This document shows, one piece after another, positions 1 to 9,863 of a DNA stretch of 64,000 nucleotides (its first letter is position 1; each line of letters starts with the position of its first letter). The stretch spans positions 288,001 to 352,000 of the forward strand of contig JBOEGF010000005.1 in NCBI GenBank assembly GCA_050633305.1. The letters are read 5' to 3'. The stretch comes from Nannocystales bacterium (lineage in GTDB: Bacteria > Myxococcota_A > Polyangia > Nannocystales > Nannocystaceae). The notes under the pieces were generated by a model, which was not told the DNA's origin, searched no databases, and saw nothing but the letters and a program-made list of their open reading frames with translations. The translations under genes were made by a program, and so were the position numbers.

Positions 1-209
1 ACTTCGGCAAGACGGACGAGTTCGTCGATGAGCCCAGCGCCCGCGCGCTGGTTGCCTCCATTGCAAGCGCGGGCGGCAGCATCGACCCGCATTTCTACGA
101 AGCTGGGCACGCATTCTTCAACGACGCGCGATCCGAGGCCTACGACGAGGCGTCGGCAAAGGCCGCGATGACCCGGACGCTCGACTTCCTTCGAGCGCAA
201 CTGGGCTGA
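1..209 (+). CDS. Dienelactone hydrolase family protein, C-terminal fragment (5' end outside window)
   Basis: Frame from nt 3 reads FGKTDEFVD...HFYEAGHAFFNDARSEAYDEASAKAAMTRTLDFLRAQLG*. G-x-x-D and Y-x-A-G-H-A-F-x-N are the DLH catalytic Asp/His motifs. TGA at 207-209. Confidence 0.85.
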   Translation, partial: FGKTDEFVDEPSARALVASIASAGGSIDPHFYEAGHAFFNDARSEAYDEASAKAAMTRTLDFLRAQLG

Positions 210-212
210 CCC

Positions 213-407
213 GTGCGCGAGCGACTGGCCATCGCCTACTTCATCGTTTCGACCGGGGTTCTCGTGGCGCCGGTCTACACGGCGCTGGGCAATCGAATCG
301 AACCGCGCATGTTCGGCCTCCCGTGGTCGCTGGTCTACGTGCTTGGGGTCATCGCGGCCAACTTCGCCGTGCTGGTCTGGATGTATCGCAAGGGAGTCGG
401 CCGGTGA
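213..407 (+). CDS. Small two-TM membrane protein (DUF3311/DUF485-like partner of sodium:solute symporter)
   Basis: 64 aa with NRIEPRMFGLPW between two hydrophobic helices. The stop overlaps the GTG start of the SSS gene (GTGA). Confidence 0.75.
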   Translation: MRERLAIAYFIVSTGVLVAPVYTALGNRIEPRMFGLPWSLVYVLGVIAANFAVLVWMYRKGVGR

Positions 408-1873
408 CCTTGGCGCACGGAGTTGTGTTCGGCTACTTGGCGTTGGTCCTGGTCGTGGGGATCGTGGCCGGTCGGCGCGGGGCAGGGGGGGTGGCCGACT
501 TCGTCGCTGGCGATCGCGCGTTCGGCCCGGTACTCATGTATTTCGTCATGGGCGCGACGCTGTTTAGCGCCTACGCCCTGCTTGGCACGCCGCAGCGTGT
601 CGTCGCCAAGGGCTCGGACGCGTTCTACATCCTCGCCTACGGGGCGGTCGGGTTCGTCCCGGTCTACTTCTTCGGGGCTCGTGTTCGAAAGCTGGGCGCG
701 AAGCTGGGGAGCGTGACTCAGGCCGAACTCGTCGGAGGCCGGTTCGGGTCGCGCTACGTCTGCGGGTTGATGGGAGTCGCGACCGTGTTGGCGTTCGTCC
801 CGTACCTGGTCATCCAGCTCAAGGGGGCGGGCATGGTCATGGCAGCGGTCACGGGGTGGGACCCCACGTTTGGTGCCGCGGTCGTGTACGCCGTCGTGAT
901 GCTCTACGTCGTGCTCGGGGGCGTTCGTGGTGTGGGCTGGACGAACGTCGTGCAAGGCATCGCGATGCTGATTGTGGTCTGGGGGCTGGGCCTTTGGATC
1001 CCACACGTGTTGTACGGCGGTGTCCCCGAGATGTTCGACCGGGTGATCGCGCAGAGACCCGACACGCTCGTGCTCCCCGGTCCTGGTCCCACGAGTGACG
1101 GTCAGTACACCGCGGAAATCTTGGTCTCGCTCCTGGGGTTCTCGATGTGGCCCCAGGTGTTCATGAAGTGTTTTACCGCGAAGAGCCCCCGGCTCGTTCA
1201 GCTCTCCGCGGTGCTCTACCCCACATTCTTGTTCTTCCTTGTGCCGCTGCTGTTCATTGGCTACGCGGCGGTGCTCGAAGGCGGTCCCGCAGACGACACT
1301 GTGTTGCTGTGGATGCTGGACCGACCCGCGCTGGGAGGTATTGGCCCCGCCGCATTTGCCTTTGTCGCGTTTGCGATCCTTGCGGCATCGATGTCGACCG
1401 GCGACGCTCTCCTGCACGCGGGGGGGTCGATCCTCATCCGTGACGTCGTCGTCGGTGGGTTGGGCCGGAAGATGGACGATCGCTCGCAGACCGCCGCCAT
1501 GCGTGTCTCGATTGTGGTGCTGGGCGTCGTTGCACTGTTCGTCCTCAAACGATCTGCGGGCACGTCCGTGGTGGACCTGTTGTTGCTGGCTTACGCGATC
1601 CCGATCCAGTTCATGCCACTGGTCTTGGCTGGGTTGTACTGGCGCCGCGCGAACACGGTGTCTGGGGTGGCGGCGCTTTCGGTCGGCGTCGGATCGGCGG
1701 TCGGGTTGTTCGCGCTGCAACAGCTCGCCCCCGACACCTACGCCGTGCTCAATCCTTGGGGTCTCCAGATCGGCGCGATCGCTGGGCTACTCAACCTCAT
1801 CACCTTGATCGCCGTCGCGCTGAGCACCGCGCCCATGCCCGCGGCGCACTTGGAGACCTACGAGGTCGGCTAG
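404..1873 (+). CDS. Sodium:solute symporter (SSS) family protein
   Basis: About 13 TM helices with DFVAGDR, GGVRGVGWTNVVQG, WPQVF and AASMST motifs. Start placed at GTG 404, coupled to the upstream gene. Confidence 0.92.
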   Translation: MTLAHGVVFGYLALVLVVGIVAGRRGAGGVADFVAGDRAFGPVLMYFVMGATLFSAYALLGTPQRVVAKGSDAFYILAYGAVGFVPVYFFGARVRKLGAKLGSVTQAELVGGRFGSRYVCGLMGVATVLAFVPYLVIQLKGAGMVMAAVTGWDPTFGAAVVYAVVMLYVVLGGVRGVGWTNVVQGIAMLIVVWGLGLWIPHVLYGGVPEMFDRVIAQRPDTLVLPGPGPTSDGQYTAEILVSLLGFSMWPQVFMKCFTAKSPRLVQLSAVLYPTFLFFLVPLLFIGYAAVLEGGPADDTVLLWMLDRPALGGIGPAAFAFVAFAILAASMSTGDALLHAGGSILIRDVVVGGLGRKMDDRSQTAAMRVSIVVLGVVALFVLKRSAGTSVVDLLLLAYAIPIQFMPLVLAGLYWRRANTVSGVAALSVGVGSAVGLFALQQLAPDTYAVLNPWGLQIGAIAGLLNLITLIAVALSTAPMPAAHLETYEVG

Positions 1874-2680
1874 ATGGGGGACGACGCCTCCTGGATGGGT
1901 GCGACCGCCCCTGTCGACGCTCGTCTGCGTAGCGTGATTCGCAAGCTCGTCGGGTATGAGGAGCACACGCCGGGGCCGAGTGAGCGAGCGGAGCTTCCGG
2001 GGTCGCGGGTCGTGGTGATCGTGCAGACCGCTTCCCCGATCGAGCTCGAGACTGCGGTCGGGCCGGCTGCACCACAAGCGTTTGTCGCAGGGCTTGGGCC
2101 AGGATCCATCCTCACCCGTCACCAGGGCTACCAAGCGGGCGTTCAATTGGACCTCCATCCCGGCCACGCCCGGCAGGTGCTGGGCGTTCCACTCTCCGAG
2201 CTCGCTGGGTCCATCGTGCCTCTCGACGACCTGTTGCGGCCGGACGAGTCCGGGTTTGTCGACCATATCGCCAATCTCACGAGCTGGCCGGAGCGCACGG
2301 CGGCGGTCGAGCGCTGGGTCGGGCTTCGCTGGGACCGCGGTCGTCGGGCCGACCCTCGGATCGCCGGAGCCCTGCGCACGGTGGAGCAGTGTCGTGGAGA
2401 TGTCGAGATCGGGGCACTTCAGGCTCGGGCCCACCTGTCTCGCCCGCACCTCGTCCGTCTGTTTCGCGAACATGTCGGCGTGGCCCCCAAGCTCTTCGCA
2501 CGCCTCCGACGCTTCGAAGAACTACAGACCCGCGTCCGCGAAGGCTCTCGCTCCTGGGCTCAGCTTGCCGTCGAACTCGGCTTCAGCGACCAGGCGCATC
2601 TCAGTCGCGAGGTGCGAGCGCTCAGCGGCCATACTCCGACCGAGTTGGCCGCGATTCTGGGTGCAACCGTCCCCGGGTAA
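1874..2680 (+). CDS. AraC family transcriptional regulator
   Basis: C-terminal double HTH: LSRPHLVRLFREHVGVAPK...WAQLAVELGFSDQAHLSREVRALSGHTP. Confidence 0.92.
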   Translation: MGDDASWMGATAPVDARLRSVIRKLVGYEEHTPGPSERAELPGSRVVVIVQTASPIELETAVGPAAPQAFVAGLGPGSILTRHQGYQAGVQLDLHPGHARQVLGVPLSELAGSIVPLDDLLRPDESGFVDHIANLTSWPERTAAVERWVGLRWDRGRRADPRIAGALRTVEQCRGDVEIGALQARAHLSRPHLVRLFREHVGVAPKLFARLRRFEELQTRVREGSRSWAQLAVELGFSDQAHLSREVRALSGHTPTELAAILGATVPG

Positions 2681-2716
2681 CATTCCTTCAAGACGCGCAC
2701 GCAGAGGCGGCCTACC

Positions 2717-3181
2717 GTGTTGCCCATGTCCGTCGCCCCGATTCCCGCAGGACCCCGGGTCCGGCCGTACCTCGCCTGCCACGACGCAGCGGCCGCGATC
2801 GAGTTTTACCGCGAAGTGTTCGGCATGGAGCTGCGCAGCTGCCTACGGATGGGCGAGAGCATCGCCCATGCTGAGCTGACCGGGATCGACATCATCCTGT
2901 ACGTCTCCGACGAGTTCCCACAGATGGGCGTCACCTCGCCCAAGTCCCTGGGGGGGCGGGCGGTGAGCCTGATGCTGTACGTCGAGGATGTCGACGCCGT
3001 CGTGGCCACGGCGTTGCAACTCGGGGCGACCCAGGAAGGGGAGACCAAGGATGAGTTCCACGGCGATCGCTCTGCGAAGATTGTCGACCCGTTCGGCCAC
3101 CGCTGGTTTGTCAGCACCCGGATCGAGGAGGTGAGCCAGGAGGAGGTGGAGCGCCGGTTTGCGAAGATGATGGGCGGGTAG
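2717..3181 (+). CDS. VOC/glyoxalase (PhnB-like) family protein
   Basis: PYL...DAAAAIEFYREVFG, HAEL, LYVEDVD, HGDR...DPFGHRW. Confidence 0.92.
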   Translation: MLPMSVAPIPAGPRVRPYLACHDAAAAIEFYREVFGMELRSCLRMGESIAHAELTGIDIILYVSDEFPQMGVTSPKSLGGRAVSLMLYVEDVDAVVATALQLGATQEGETKDEFHGDRSAKIVDPFGHRWFVSTRIEEVSQEEVERRFAKMMGG

Positions 3182-3223
3182 GACTGGGTGGCGGCTCGAT
3201 CCAGATTCGGTTCGTGCCCGGAT

Positions 3224-4258
3224 TCAGAGGGAGGCAAGCTCCGCCACCTCGGCGTCCGTCAGCGCCCGAGAGTAGACTCGGAGCTCATCGATGAGGCCAG
3301 CGAACCCGTGAGCCGGGGCGTCGTTGTCGATGTCCATCCCGATGAGGAAGTCCTCCATCCCGTACTCGGGGGGGGTCGGAGGGCCTTCGAGAACGAGCGC
3401 GCCATCAAAGTAGAGCCGTGCTCCATCCTCGCTCCACGTCGTAGCCACGTGGATCCAGTCGCCGAGGACAACCGGTTGGTTGAGGCATTGCTGCGTGTCG
3501 GCCGATCCGTAGCAAAAGAAGACCCACTGGGATCCGCTGAGACCGTTGAACCCGAGCTGGTACGCATTTGCCTCCCCCGCGCCGATGGGGAGGCCCGCGG
3601 CTGAGAGCAATCGGTCGGTCGGAAGCTCGTCGGGAAGCAGCCATACGGCGAGGGTGAACTCTTCGACGGAGAAGGCTGCATCGAAGGGCACCGCGAGGAA
3701 GTCGCCTTCATCGAAGTCACACGCTTGTCCCACGATGCCCGGGGTCGAGGTGGGACAACTCGTGCAAAGACCATCGTGACCATTGCCCGACGCGTCGAGC
3801 CCTATCGACTCTCCCTCCTCTTCGCACGAGAACCACGCCACGAGGTCGGGATCGGGTGGGGGGCCCGTGGACGAACTAGCCTCTGTTCCGGACGTTGAGG
3901 ATGCCGCGGTGGCGGCTCCCGTGCTGCTCGACGACGCGGTGGACGTCGAAGTCGGGAAAGGGTCTGGCGATGAGGACGAGGAGGACTGCGGCATGCCCGA
4001 CGTCGAGTCGCTTGTCGAGCTCTCTTCTCGCACGGGGACGCATGCGCCCCCGAGGCCACCGACGGAGTGCGCTGCGAACCGCATCCCCGATGGGCAGTCG
4101 TCGTCGACAAAAGCACATGCATCGTTGACGCAGCTGCCGAGCGGGCACTGCTCATCGCTTCGGCATCGATAGGTCGCCGCCGGACACGCTGATGCCGTCA
4201 TCAGCATCAGTGCGGCCGCGGCGATGCGCCCGGCGTGCCCGCGTCCCACCAGCACCAT
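3224..4258 (-). CDS. Secreted/lipoprotein with Cys-rich N-terminal module, Ser/Thr linker and LamG-like jellyroll domain
   Basis: DASGNGHDG, FTLAVW, WIHVATTW...LYFDG, GLIDELRVYSRALT are LamG hallmarks. N-terminal hydrophobic segment followed by Cys. Confidence 0.85.
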   Translation of the reverse strand: MVLVGRGHAGRIAAAALMLMTASACPAATYRCRSDEQCPLGSCVNDACAFVDDDCPSGMRFAAHSVGGLGGACVPVREESSTSDSTSGMPQSSSSSSPDPFPTSTSTASSSSTGAATAASSTSGTEASSSTGPPPDPDLVAWFSCEEEGESIGLDASGNGHDGLCTSCPTSTPGIVGQACDFDEGDFLAVPFDAAFSVEEFTLAVWLLPDELPTDRLLSAAGLPIGAGEANAYQLGFNGLSGSQWVFFCYGSADTQQCLNQPVVLGDWIHVATTWSEDGARLYFDGALVLEGPPTPPEYGMEDFLIGMDIDNDAPAHGFAGLIDELRVYSRALTDAEVAELASL

Positions 4259-4422
4259 GCTACTCCGGTTCCCACTCGTTTAGGCTGCTCCGTCCGCACG
4301 GCCCTCGCCGAACGCCACAGACCCGCAACACCCCGCAGTTCGGGCGGTCTCAAAGCCACGGTCGTGAGCGTCTCGGGGATGGGTCGATCCCCGATAGGCG
4401 GTCGAGGCAGGCTTTCTGGGAA

Positions 4423-6840
4423 TCACTCCGCCGAGGTGTTGGTGAACAGCTCGGTGAGTCGGCAGGGTTGCCCGCGAAGCGACGGACACTCGGGCAGTTC
4501 GGTGGGCACCGCGAGCCCTGGGATGGTTGGGAGCACGATGCTCGAGGCGTTGTTCATCGAGTGTGCAATCGAGTGGGTCGTTCCCGACGGGAGGTCTTGC
4601 AGCGAGAATCGCCAGCCTGTCCGGCTCGCTCCGGGCGTGTCGATGATGACCCGGACCCGAGAACCCGCGCGGAACACGTGTCCGAACGCCATCACTTCGA
4701 CGCGGACGAGCGTCCACTCACCGTCGGGCAGTGGTTCGACGTCCTCCTCGAGGAAGGTCTTCACCGGACGCAGCTCGGTCGCATCGGCCGCGAGAGTGCG
4801 AAGGCTGGCGCGCTGCCAGCCGCCCTGTACGTACATCTCTTGGCCGTCGGGGCGGAGCTCGCTCAGCGTGATCTCGATGTCGGCATCGTCGGCCGTGGAT
4901 TGAATCCACAGGTCGGCGCTCCCATGCCCGAGCATGACGGTGTCTTCGGCGAAGGGCTCGCTATCGAACACGATGCCGCGTCCGGACTCTGGCAGGGGCC
5001 AGTCGTATTCCGGCGTGAGGTCCCATTCTCCGGAACCGGGCGCGAGTGTGCTGCGTTGTCCCTCGTCCGGGTCGTGTTCGAAGATCGATGCACCGGCCTC
5101 GTCGGCAGAGGGCTCAGCCCGCATCGCCCCGTCGCCGTGGAAGTACAGTCGCAATGGCTCGGTCCCCTCTGGAGGCCACTGATCGAAGGAGGCCTCCCAC
5201 GTGCCCTGCGGAGCACCGATGTCGGTGTCCGGGGATGCGCCACTCTCGAAGATGACCCGCAGATCCTGTTCGGCTTCGTACGCCGCCAGAGCATCCTCGA
5301 AGCTGTTGTACTCGCTGAATCGGTCCTCGGGGAACTCGATCTGCGCGCCGAGGAGTGCTTCGAACATCAGCGGCGCAAGCACCCGAAGCTCCGGGTCGAT
5401 CTGCGGGACCTCTTCACGCAGGTAGAAGCTGAGGAAGTTGTTCCACTCGACGAGCGTCTGCGGAGCGTATCCGTCGGGGTGCACTCCGTTGAGCACGGTC
5501 ATGCGCACGGTCGGGGACCCCGTGAACTTGTCCAGGACCGACGCGAAGCCCGGCCCCGTCTGCTCGTCTTGCCACTGCCCGGTCAGGAACACCGGGACCT
5601 GGATGTCCGGAGCTTTGAGGTTGAGGTTGAGGGGGTCCGCCACCTCCGGGTCGTAGAACGGGTTTTCGTAGGCCTTGGCGATGATGTCGACGGCCTGCCC
5701 GTGCAGGAGCTGGTTGTCGTCGCAGAAGGGGTCGCCGTCCGCGATGACCCCTTCCTCCCAACCTTGTCCGTACGGCTCGGCACGGGACAGCACACGGTCC
5801 GCCCACTCCAGAGCGAATCCGTCGTTGAGGATGCCGCCCGGGACCAGGATCGACTGTGCGTCCGCGATGATCGACAGCGGTGTGATCGCCGCCAAGCTCG
5901 GCGGTTGCTCTGCGGCCACGAAGGCCTGAGAGATACCGGGGTAGGACAGCCCCGCCATCGCCACCTTGTTCCCCTGGACCCATGGTTGGGCCGCAACCGC
6001 CTCGACGACGTCGTAGCCGTCGAGGTTCTGCAGCGTCTCGAAGAAGTCGTACGCGCCGCCGGAGCAGCCCGTGCCACGCATGTTCACGCCCACGGTCGCG
6101 TATCCCAGGATGCCGCCGATCAAGCCGCTGGGGTGATCGGGGGCGTCGCAAAGCACCGGGTAGTCGGGGCAGAGCCCTTCCACGGGAATATCCCCCAGGT
6201 CCAACGGCGACCCGGGGCGCGAAGGTGAGTAGCCCGAGTAGTTCACGAGCGTCGGGTACGGCCCATCTTCGGGCGGGCCGGGCAGGGATACGAAGACCGA
6301 CAGCCGGGTGCCGTCACGCGTCTCGATGTAACCGAAGCCTGGCTCGAGCACCTGGTCCCCGTAGAACGCCTGCTCCGGGAGGCTGTTTTCGACGGACATC
6401 ACCACGAGTTCGCGGGTGTAGATGTCCGCGTTGTCGGTCTCGCGAATGACGTAGCCCTCGCCCGGCTCGACCTGGCGGAAGATCAGGCTGCCGAGGTCGT
6501 CCGTCATGTCGGTCTGGACCTGAGTTCCGTCGGCATCGTAGAGCGTGAGGCTGGTGCCGGGAGTCGTCCTCGTGATGTGGAGCTGCTCAACGCTCTCCCG
6601 CACCTCGAAGTCCGCCGTTCCCGGGTCCCCGCCCGTCGAATCGTCCGCGCTCGTGTCCTCCTCACCCCCGGAACTCGTGCTCGTGTCGGCCCCGCTCGTC
6701 GTCGAGCCAGGCGCCGTGGGGTCCTCTGTCTCGTTCCCATCGGTTCCGCTGCTCGACGTGGCCGGGTCCCCGCAGCCGACCACCCCGGCAAGGACTGGAA
6801 AGGCAAGCAGACGAAGTGAACGAAGAACGTCGAGTCCCAT
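4423..6840 (-). CDS. CocE/NonD family alpha/beta hydrolase (peptidase S15) lipoprotein
   Basis: TRDGTRL, NMRGTGCSGG, nucleophile elbow GLSYPG, C-terminal PepX-like jelly roll (HVFRAGSRVRV). Lipobox-like VVGC plus S/T/D linker. Start may be 6876. Confidence 0.9.
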   Translation of the reverse strand: MGLDVLRSLRLLAFPVLAGVVGCGDPATSSSGTDGNETEDPTAPGSTTSGADTSTSSGGEEDTSADDSTGGDPGTADFEVRESVEQLHITRTTPGTSLTLYDADGTQVQTDMTDDLGSLIFRQVEPGEGYVIRETDNADIYTRELVVMSVENSLPEQAFYGDQVLEPGFGYIETRDGTRLSVFVSLPGPPEDGPYPTLVNYSGYSPSRPGSPLDLGDIPVEGLCPDYPVLCDAPDHPSGLIGGILGYATVGVNMRGTGCSGGAYDFFETLQNLDGYDVVEAVAAQPWVQGNKVAMAGLSYPGISQAFVAAEQPPSLAAITPLSIIADAQSILVPGGILNDGFALEWADRVLSRAEPYGQGWEEGVIADGDPFCDDNQLLHGQAVDIIAKAYENPFYDPEVADPLNLNLKAPDIQVPVFLTGQWQDEQTGPGFASVLDKFTGSPTVRMTVLNGVHPDGYAPQTLVEWNNFLSFYLREEVPQIDPELRVLAPLMFEALLGAQIEFPEDRFSEYNSFEDALAAYEAEQDLRVIFESGASPDTDIGAPQGTWEASFDQWPPEGTEPLRLYFHGDGAMRAEPSADEAGASIFEHDPDEGQRSTLAPGSGEWDLTPEYDWPLPESGRGIVFDSEPFAEDTVMLGHGSADLWIQSTADDADIEITLSELRPDGQEMYVQGGWQRASLRTLAADATELRPVKTFLEEDVEPLPDGEWTLVRVEVMAFGHVFRAGSRVRVIIDTPGASRTGWRFSLQDLPSGTTHSIAHSMNNASSIVLPTIPGLAVPTELPECPSLRGQPCRLTELFTNTSAE

Positions 6841-7031
6841 GGCAAGTCCGGTCCGACGGATTCGGAAAGCCACCACGCTCGCCGAATGTCAGATGAGCCT
6901 TGGTACCACGCGGCCATGAGTGCCGGACAGGTGGGTCTTCAACCCACTCGCGCGTCGTAGGCAACCCGTCGGGCCGGTCGAGGGGTCGATAGGGTTTCAA
7001 GGGGGACAATGTGGAGAAGAACACGACGACG

Positions 7032-7814
7032 CTAGGGCTGGTATTGCCGCTTCAACCGTTCTGCGAGCTTGTCGACTTCGGGGAAGACCGTGAAGGCGTC
7101 GAATCCGAACGCTTCCAGCTCGTCGGTCAGGCGAGGTACGTCTTCCAGGTCGATTCTGGCCAGCTGCTGGTCGCTCTTCTCTCCAGCTTCGAAGATTTCC
7201 TCAAGGCTCGCGGTGCCCGAGCCATGGACGGTGAACACACCTTGCTGGGCAATGATACGTGGTGTGGTTCGATAGGGTTGCAGGGCAATCGGCAGCTCGT
7301 TCGAGAAGGTCTTGCCGTCGTATTGGAACGTCTTCGTCGGTTCTCCTGACGAGACGTGTGATGGAAGCCAGTGCTCGGAGAATCGAAGCCCAGCCACGTA
7401 GACCTCGTCGTCGCCTTGTGTGATCTTGTTGAGCTTTCCCGCGTCCATCATCCACACGCAGGGGCAAGCACCGTCGGAGACGCCCTGAAGTGCGAAGAAC
7501 AAGGAGATCAGCGGGGAGGCCGACCAATCCGCAAGGCGGGTCGGGAGTCCGTAGTGCTGTGCGGCGAAGTACCAGGACCATTCATCGACGGGTGGTGGCG
7601 ACAGATACGCGGGAGCATCCCGCTGGAACATGTTGAACATCGACACGTCGTCGCAATCCTCTCGCCACACCGCGCCTGGAAGGATGCTTAGGCTGCGGTC
7701 GTTGATGCCACGAAACCACAGCTCTTGGGCCTTTCCGCCGCGAGCCCACTGACGGCGCACCTCTCCGACGTTGCTTACATATTGCGCAAGCGTCTTCACC
7801 CGCCTGGTCTTCAT
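7032..7814 (-). CDS. FRG domain-containing protein
   Basis: WFRG, AQHYGLPTRLADWSASPLISLFFA, RIIAQQGVFTV, C-terminal TVFPEVD. Alternative start at 7835. Confidence 0.92.
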   Translation of the reverse strand: MKTRRVKTLAQYVSNVGEVRRQWARGGKAQELWFRGINDRSLSILPGAVWREDCDDVSMFNMFQRDAPAYLSPPPVDEWSWYFAAQHYGLPTRLADWSASPLISLFFALQGVSDGACPCVWMMDAGKLNKITQGDDEVYVAGLRFSEHWLPSHVSSGEPTKTFQYDGKTFSNELPIALQPYRTTPRIIAQQGVFTVHGSGTASLEEIFEAGEKSDQQLARIDLEDVPRLTDELEAFGFDAFTVFPEVDKLAERLKRQYQP

Positions 7815-7862
7815 GGGGATCAGCATCTCTTCCACTGTGCTTGCGGGTCAACGCGCCGCCCC

Positions 7863-8050
7863 CTACCTGCCCACGGGTCGCCCACAACGCACGCCTTGGA
7901 GGCCATTGTTGGCGAAGACAGTGCCCGCTGCCGCGAGGTGGAGGTCGTGGCGGCGTGGCGTCGAGGAACCCGGTCCACAGCGCACGATCGTCGAGGCCGC
8001 CGAACAAGAGCTTCTCGAAGGAGCACCGCGACGCGACGGAGCGGCTTGAG
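7863..8050 (-). pseudogene. Possible decayed CDS remnant (FGE/SUMF1-like C-terminus)
   Basis: Two frames give protein-like pieces, CSFEKLLFGGLDDRALWTGFLDATP and HDLHLAAAGTVFANNGLQGVRCGRP*. The second resembles the GFRC end of FGE-type domains. No intact ORF. Confidence 0.25.
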
Positions 8051-8546
8051 ATCGGCGAATGAACCGTGGTGTTCCCGACGAGTACGTTCGAAGATCTTGG
8101 CCTGTGGGTCGGTGGGCTCGCGGCTCGTCCGGGAGTTGGACGTGACGTCTGGATCTCGTGAACTTGTGAGTGTCGTTGGCACGCAACCGTAGAGGTGAGC
8201 AGCGCCGGGTGCGGCCTGGGGATGCCGTGGTCCTACGAGTCAACGCTTCGGCGTGGTCGTCGCAAGGCCAGAACCATCGCAAGTCTACGAGCAGCAGGTG
8301 AGCCTTCGATGCGCCGCGCCGGAGCGGCTTCGGGTCGGTCGCTCCGCTCGAAGGGACGGCTTGCGCGGGGCCTACCCGGGGGCAAGGGACTGGACCCAGC
8401 GTCTCTACCATGTCGCGGCGCCGCGTCGTTGTGTTCCGTCGCCAGGGCAACAGCCCGGGGTCTCGATTGGGGTCTCGACCCCACGTTCAGATCGGCCCAC
8501 TCCGGTCCCTGCCCGTGCACGGCGACTCAGGGTATCCTCCCCTCGC

Positions 8547-9863
8547 ATGCGTCGAGCAATCCCGCTTGTCTTGGTGTTCTGGGCCGGGTGCGATGCCCAC
8601 GAGCCGCTGTACCCGATCGCGGATGCGCCCCAGGCGGCGCCGCGGTCCGTCGAGGTGTCCGACCCGCCGAAGTCCACGGAGGACAAGCCTGAGTTCGATG
8701 CGGAGAAGGTCGCGAAGTGTGTCCGCGGTACGGGCCGCAACACGGAGGGTACGTGCGAGGTCCTCCGCACCCGCAAGGGCGCGTACGGTCAACAAGTCCA
8801 GCTCCCCCGCGGCCTGTTTGTGATGGGCGACATCCCGATGCGCTACGACGCGACGAAGGCTCGCGAGTCACTGAAGTCGGCATGGTCGGGGCAACCGCCT
8901 CGCGGCACGAAAGCAGCAGCGTTTTGGCTCGACCTCCACGAGGTGACGCGTGCCTCGTACGCGGCGTGCGTCAAAGAGGGCACATGCTCGGCCGCGGTCT
9001 GTCCGACCGGCCAGGACGACGGTCGCAAGACGTACTCCGAAGAAGTGCTCGCCCAAGTCCCGCAGACGTGCGTGACCCGAGCGCAAAGTCAGACGTTCTG
9101 CGAAGCTCACGGCGGCCGGCTTCCGTCAGAGGCGGAGTGGGAGTACGCGGCGCGCGGACCTGATGGCCGGCGATTCCCGTGGGGCAATGAGGTGATGGAC
9201 GAGTACCGAGGCGTGCTCACGCCAGTCACGGGGATGGTGGACACGTCGTTCTTCGGGTTTCGCGGAATGGGCTCCAACGCGCTGGAGTGGGTCGGGGATG
9301 ACTTCGAGTTGGACACCGGCCTCAAGCCATTCATCACCAAGCCGTTCCGAGGCGAGGGAGCGTTCTCCAAGGCCTACGCTGCCAAGTCGCCCAAGTCCGG
9401 CGTGGCCAAGGGGGGGCGCGCGGGATTCCGGCGCGAGTCGTCCGAGGCCAACGGGTTGCTTGGGTTTCGCTGCGCGGCGGATGTTGGCCCGGAGGTCGTG
9501 CCGCTCGACGTACCGCAGCCGATGGCCACCATTCCCCATGTGGCGACAGGCGCGGGACTGCGCTGGTTCGGCGGCGTGGCCGAGGGGGTGACGCGCAAGG
9601 AGGCGGATGCGTTCTGCTCGGTGCTTCGCGTGCCGTGGGATGACGGCATTCTCGAGAACTGGCGCTTGCCGACCCTCGCCGAGGTCGAAGCCTCTGCAGA
9701 GGTGTTCCGAGGCCCAGGTCCGTTCTGGTCCAGCGATGGCGCGCTCCATCAGCAGCCGGCCAGAGAAGGTCTCACGGCACCTGCGGATGCACCGTGGGTG
9801 AAGATCGAACAACCTCCCACCGCACCGCTTGCGGCCCGCTGCGTCGTGGCGATCCCATCATGA
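8547..9863 (+). CDS. SUMF1/FGE-sulfatase domain lipoprotein with C-terminal DUF1566(Lcl)-like domain
   Basis: Signal MRRAIPLVLVFWAGC; FVMG, LDLHEVT, RLPSEAEWEYAARG, FPWG, GNALEW-like, GFRC; then ENWRLPTLAEV...ARCV. Confidence 0.88.
   Translation: MRRAIPLVLVFWAGCDAHEPLYPIADAPQAAPRSVEVSDPPKSTEDKPEFDAEKVAKCVRGTGRNTEGTCEVLRTRKGAYGQQVQLPRGLFVMGDIPMRYDATKARESLKSAWSGQPPRGTKAAAFWLDLHEVTRASYAACVKEGTCSAAVCPTGQDDGRKTYSEEVLAQVPQTCVTRAQSQTFCEAHGGRLPSEAEWEYAARGPDGRRFPWGNEVMDEYRGVLTPVTGMVDTSFFGFRGMGSNALEWVGDDFELDTGLKPFITKPFRGEGAFSKAYAAKSPKSGVAKGGRAGFRRESSEANGLLGFRCAADVGPEVVPLDVPQPMATIPHVATGAGLRWFGGVAEGVTRKEADAFCSVLRVPWDDGILENWRLPTLAEVEASAEVFRGPGPFWSSDGALHQQPAREGLTAPADAPWVKIEQPPTAPLAARCVVAIPS

Noticed and set aside
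4373..4394. Hairpin TCGGGGAT-gggtcg-ATCCCCGA as a REP-like repeat family
   Set aside because: Single copy in the window; most simply a terminator/stability stem after the CocE gene.
4192..6228. Long antisense ORFs (also 335..1720, 51931..54234, 57859..59904, 23475..25124 and many others)
   Set aside because: Shadow or alternate frames of high-GC genes; Arg/Pro/Ala-rich or mirror codon pattern with no motifs.
7863..9863. Diversity-generating retroelement (FGE/CLec target gene plus nearby remnant ending ANNGLQGVRC vs EANGLLGFRC)
   Set aside because: Similarity is only at the amino-acid motif level. There is no near-identical TR/VR nucleotide pair with adenine-specific mismatches, and no reverse transcriptase in the window.
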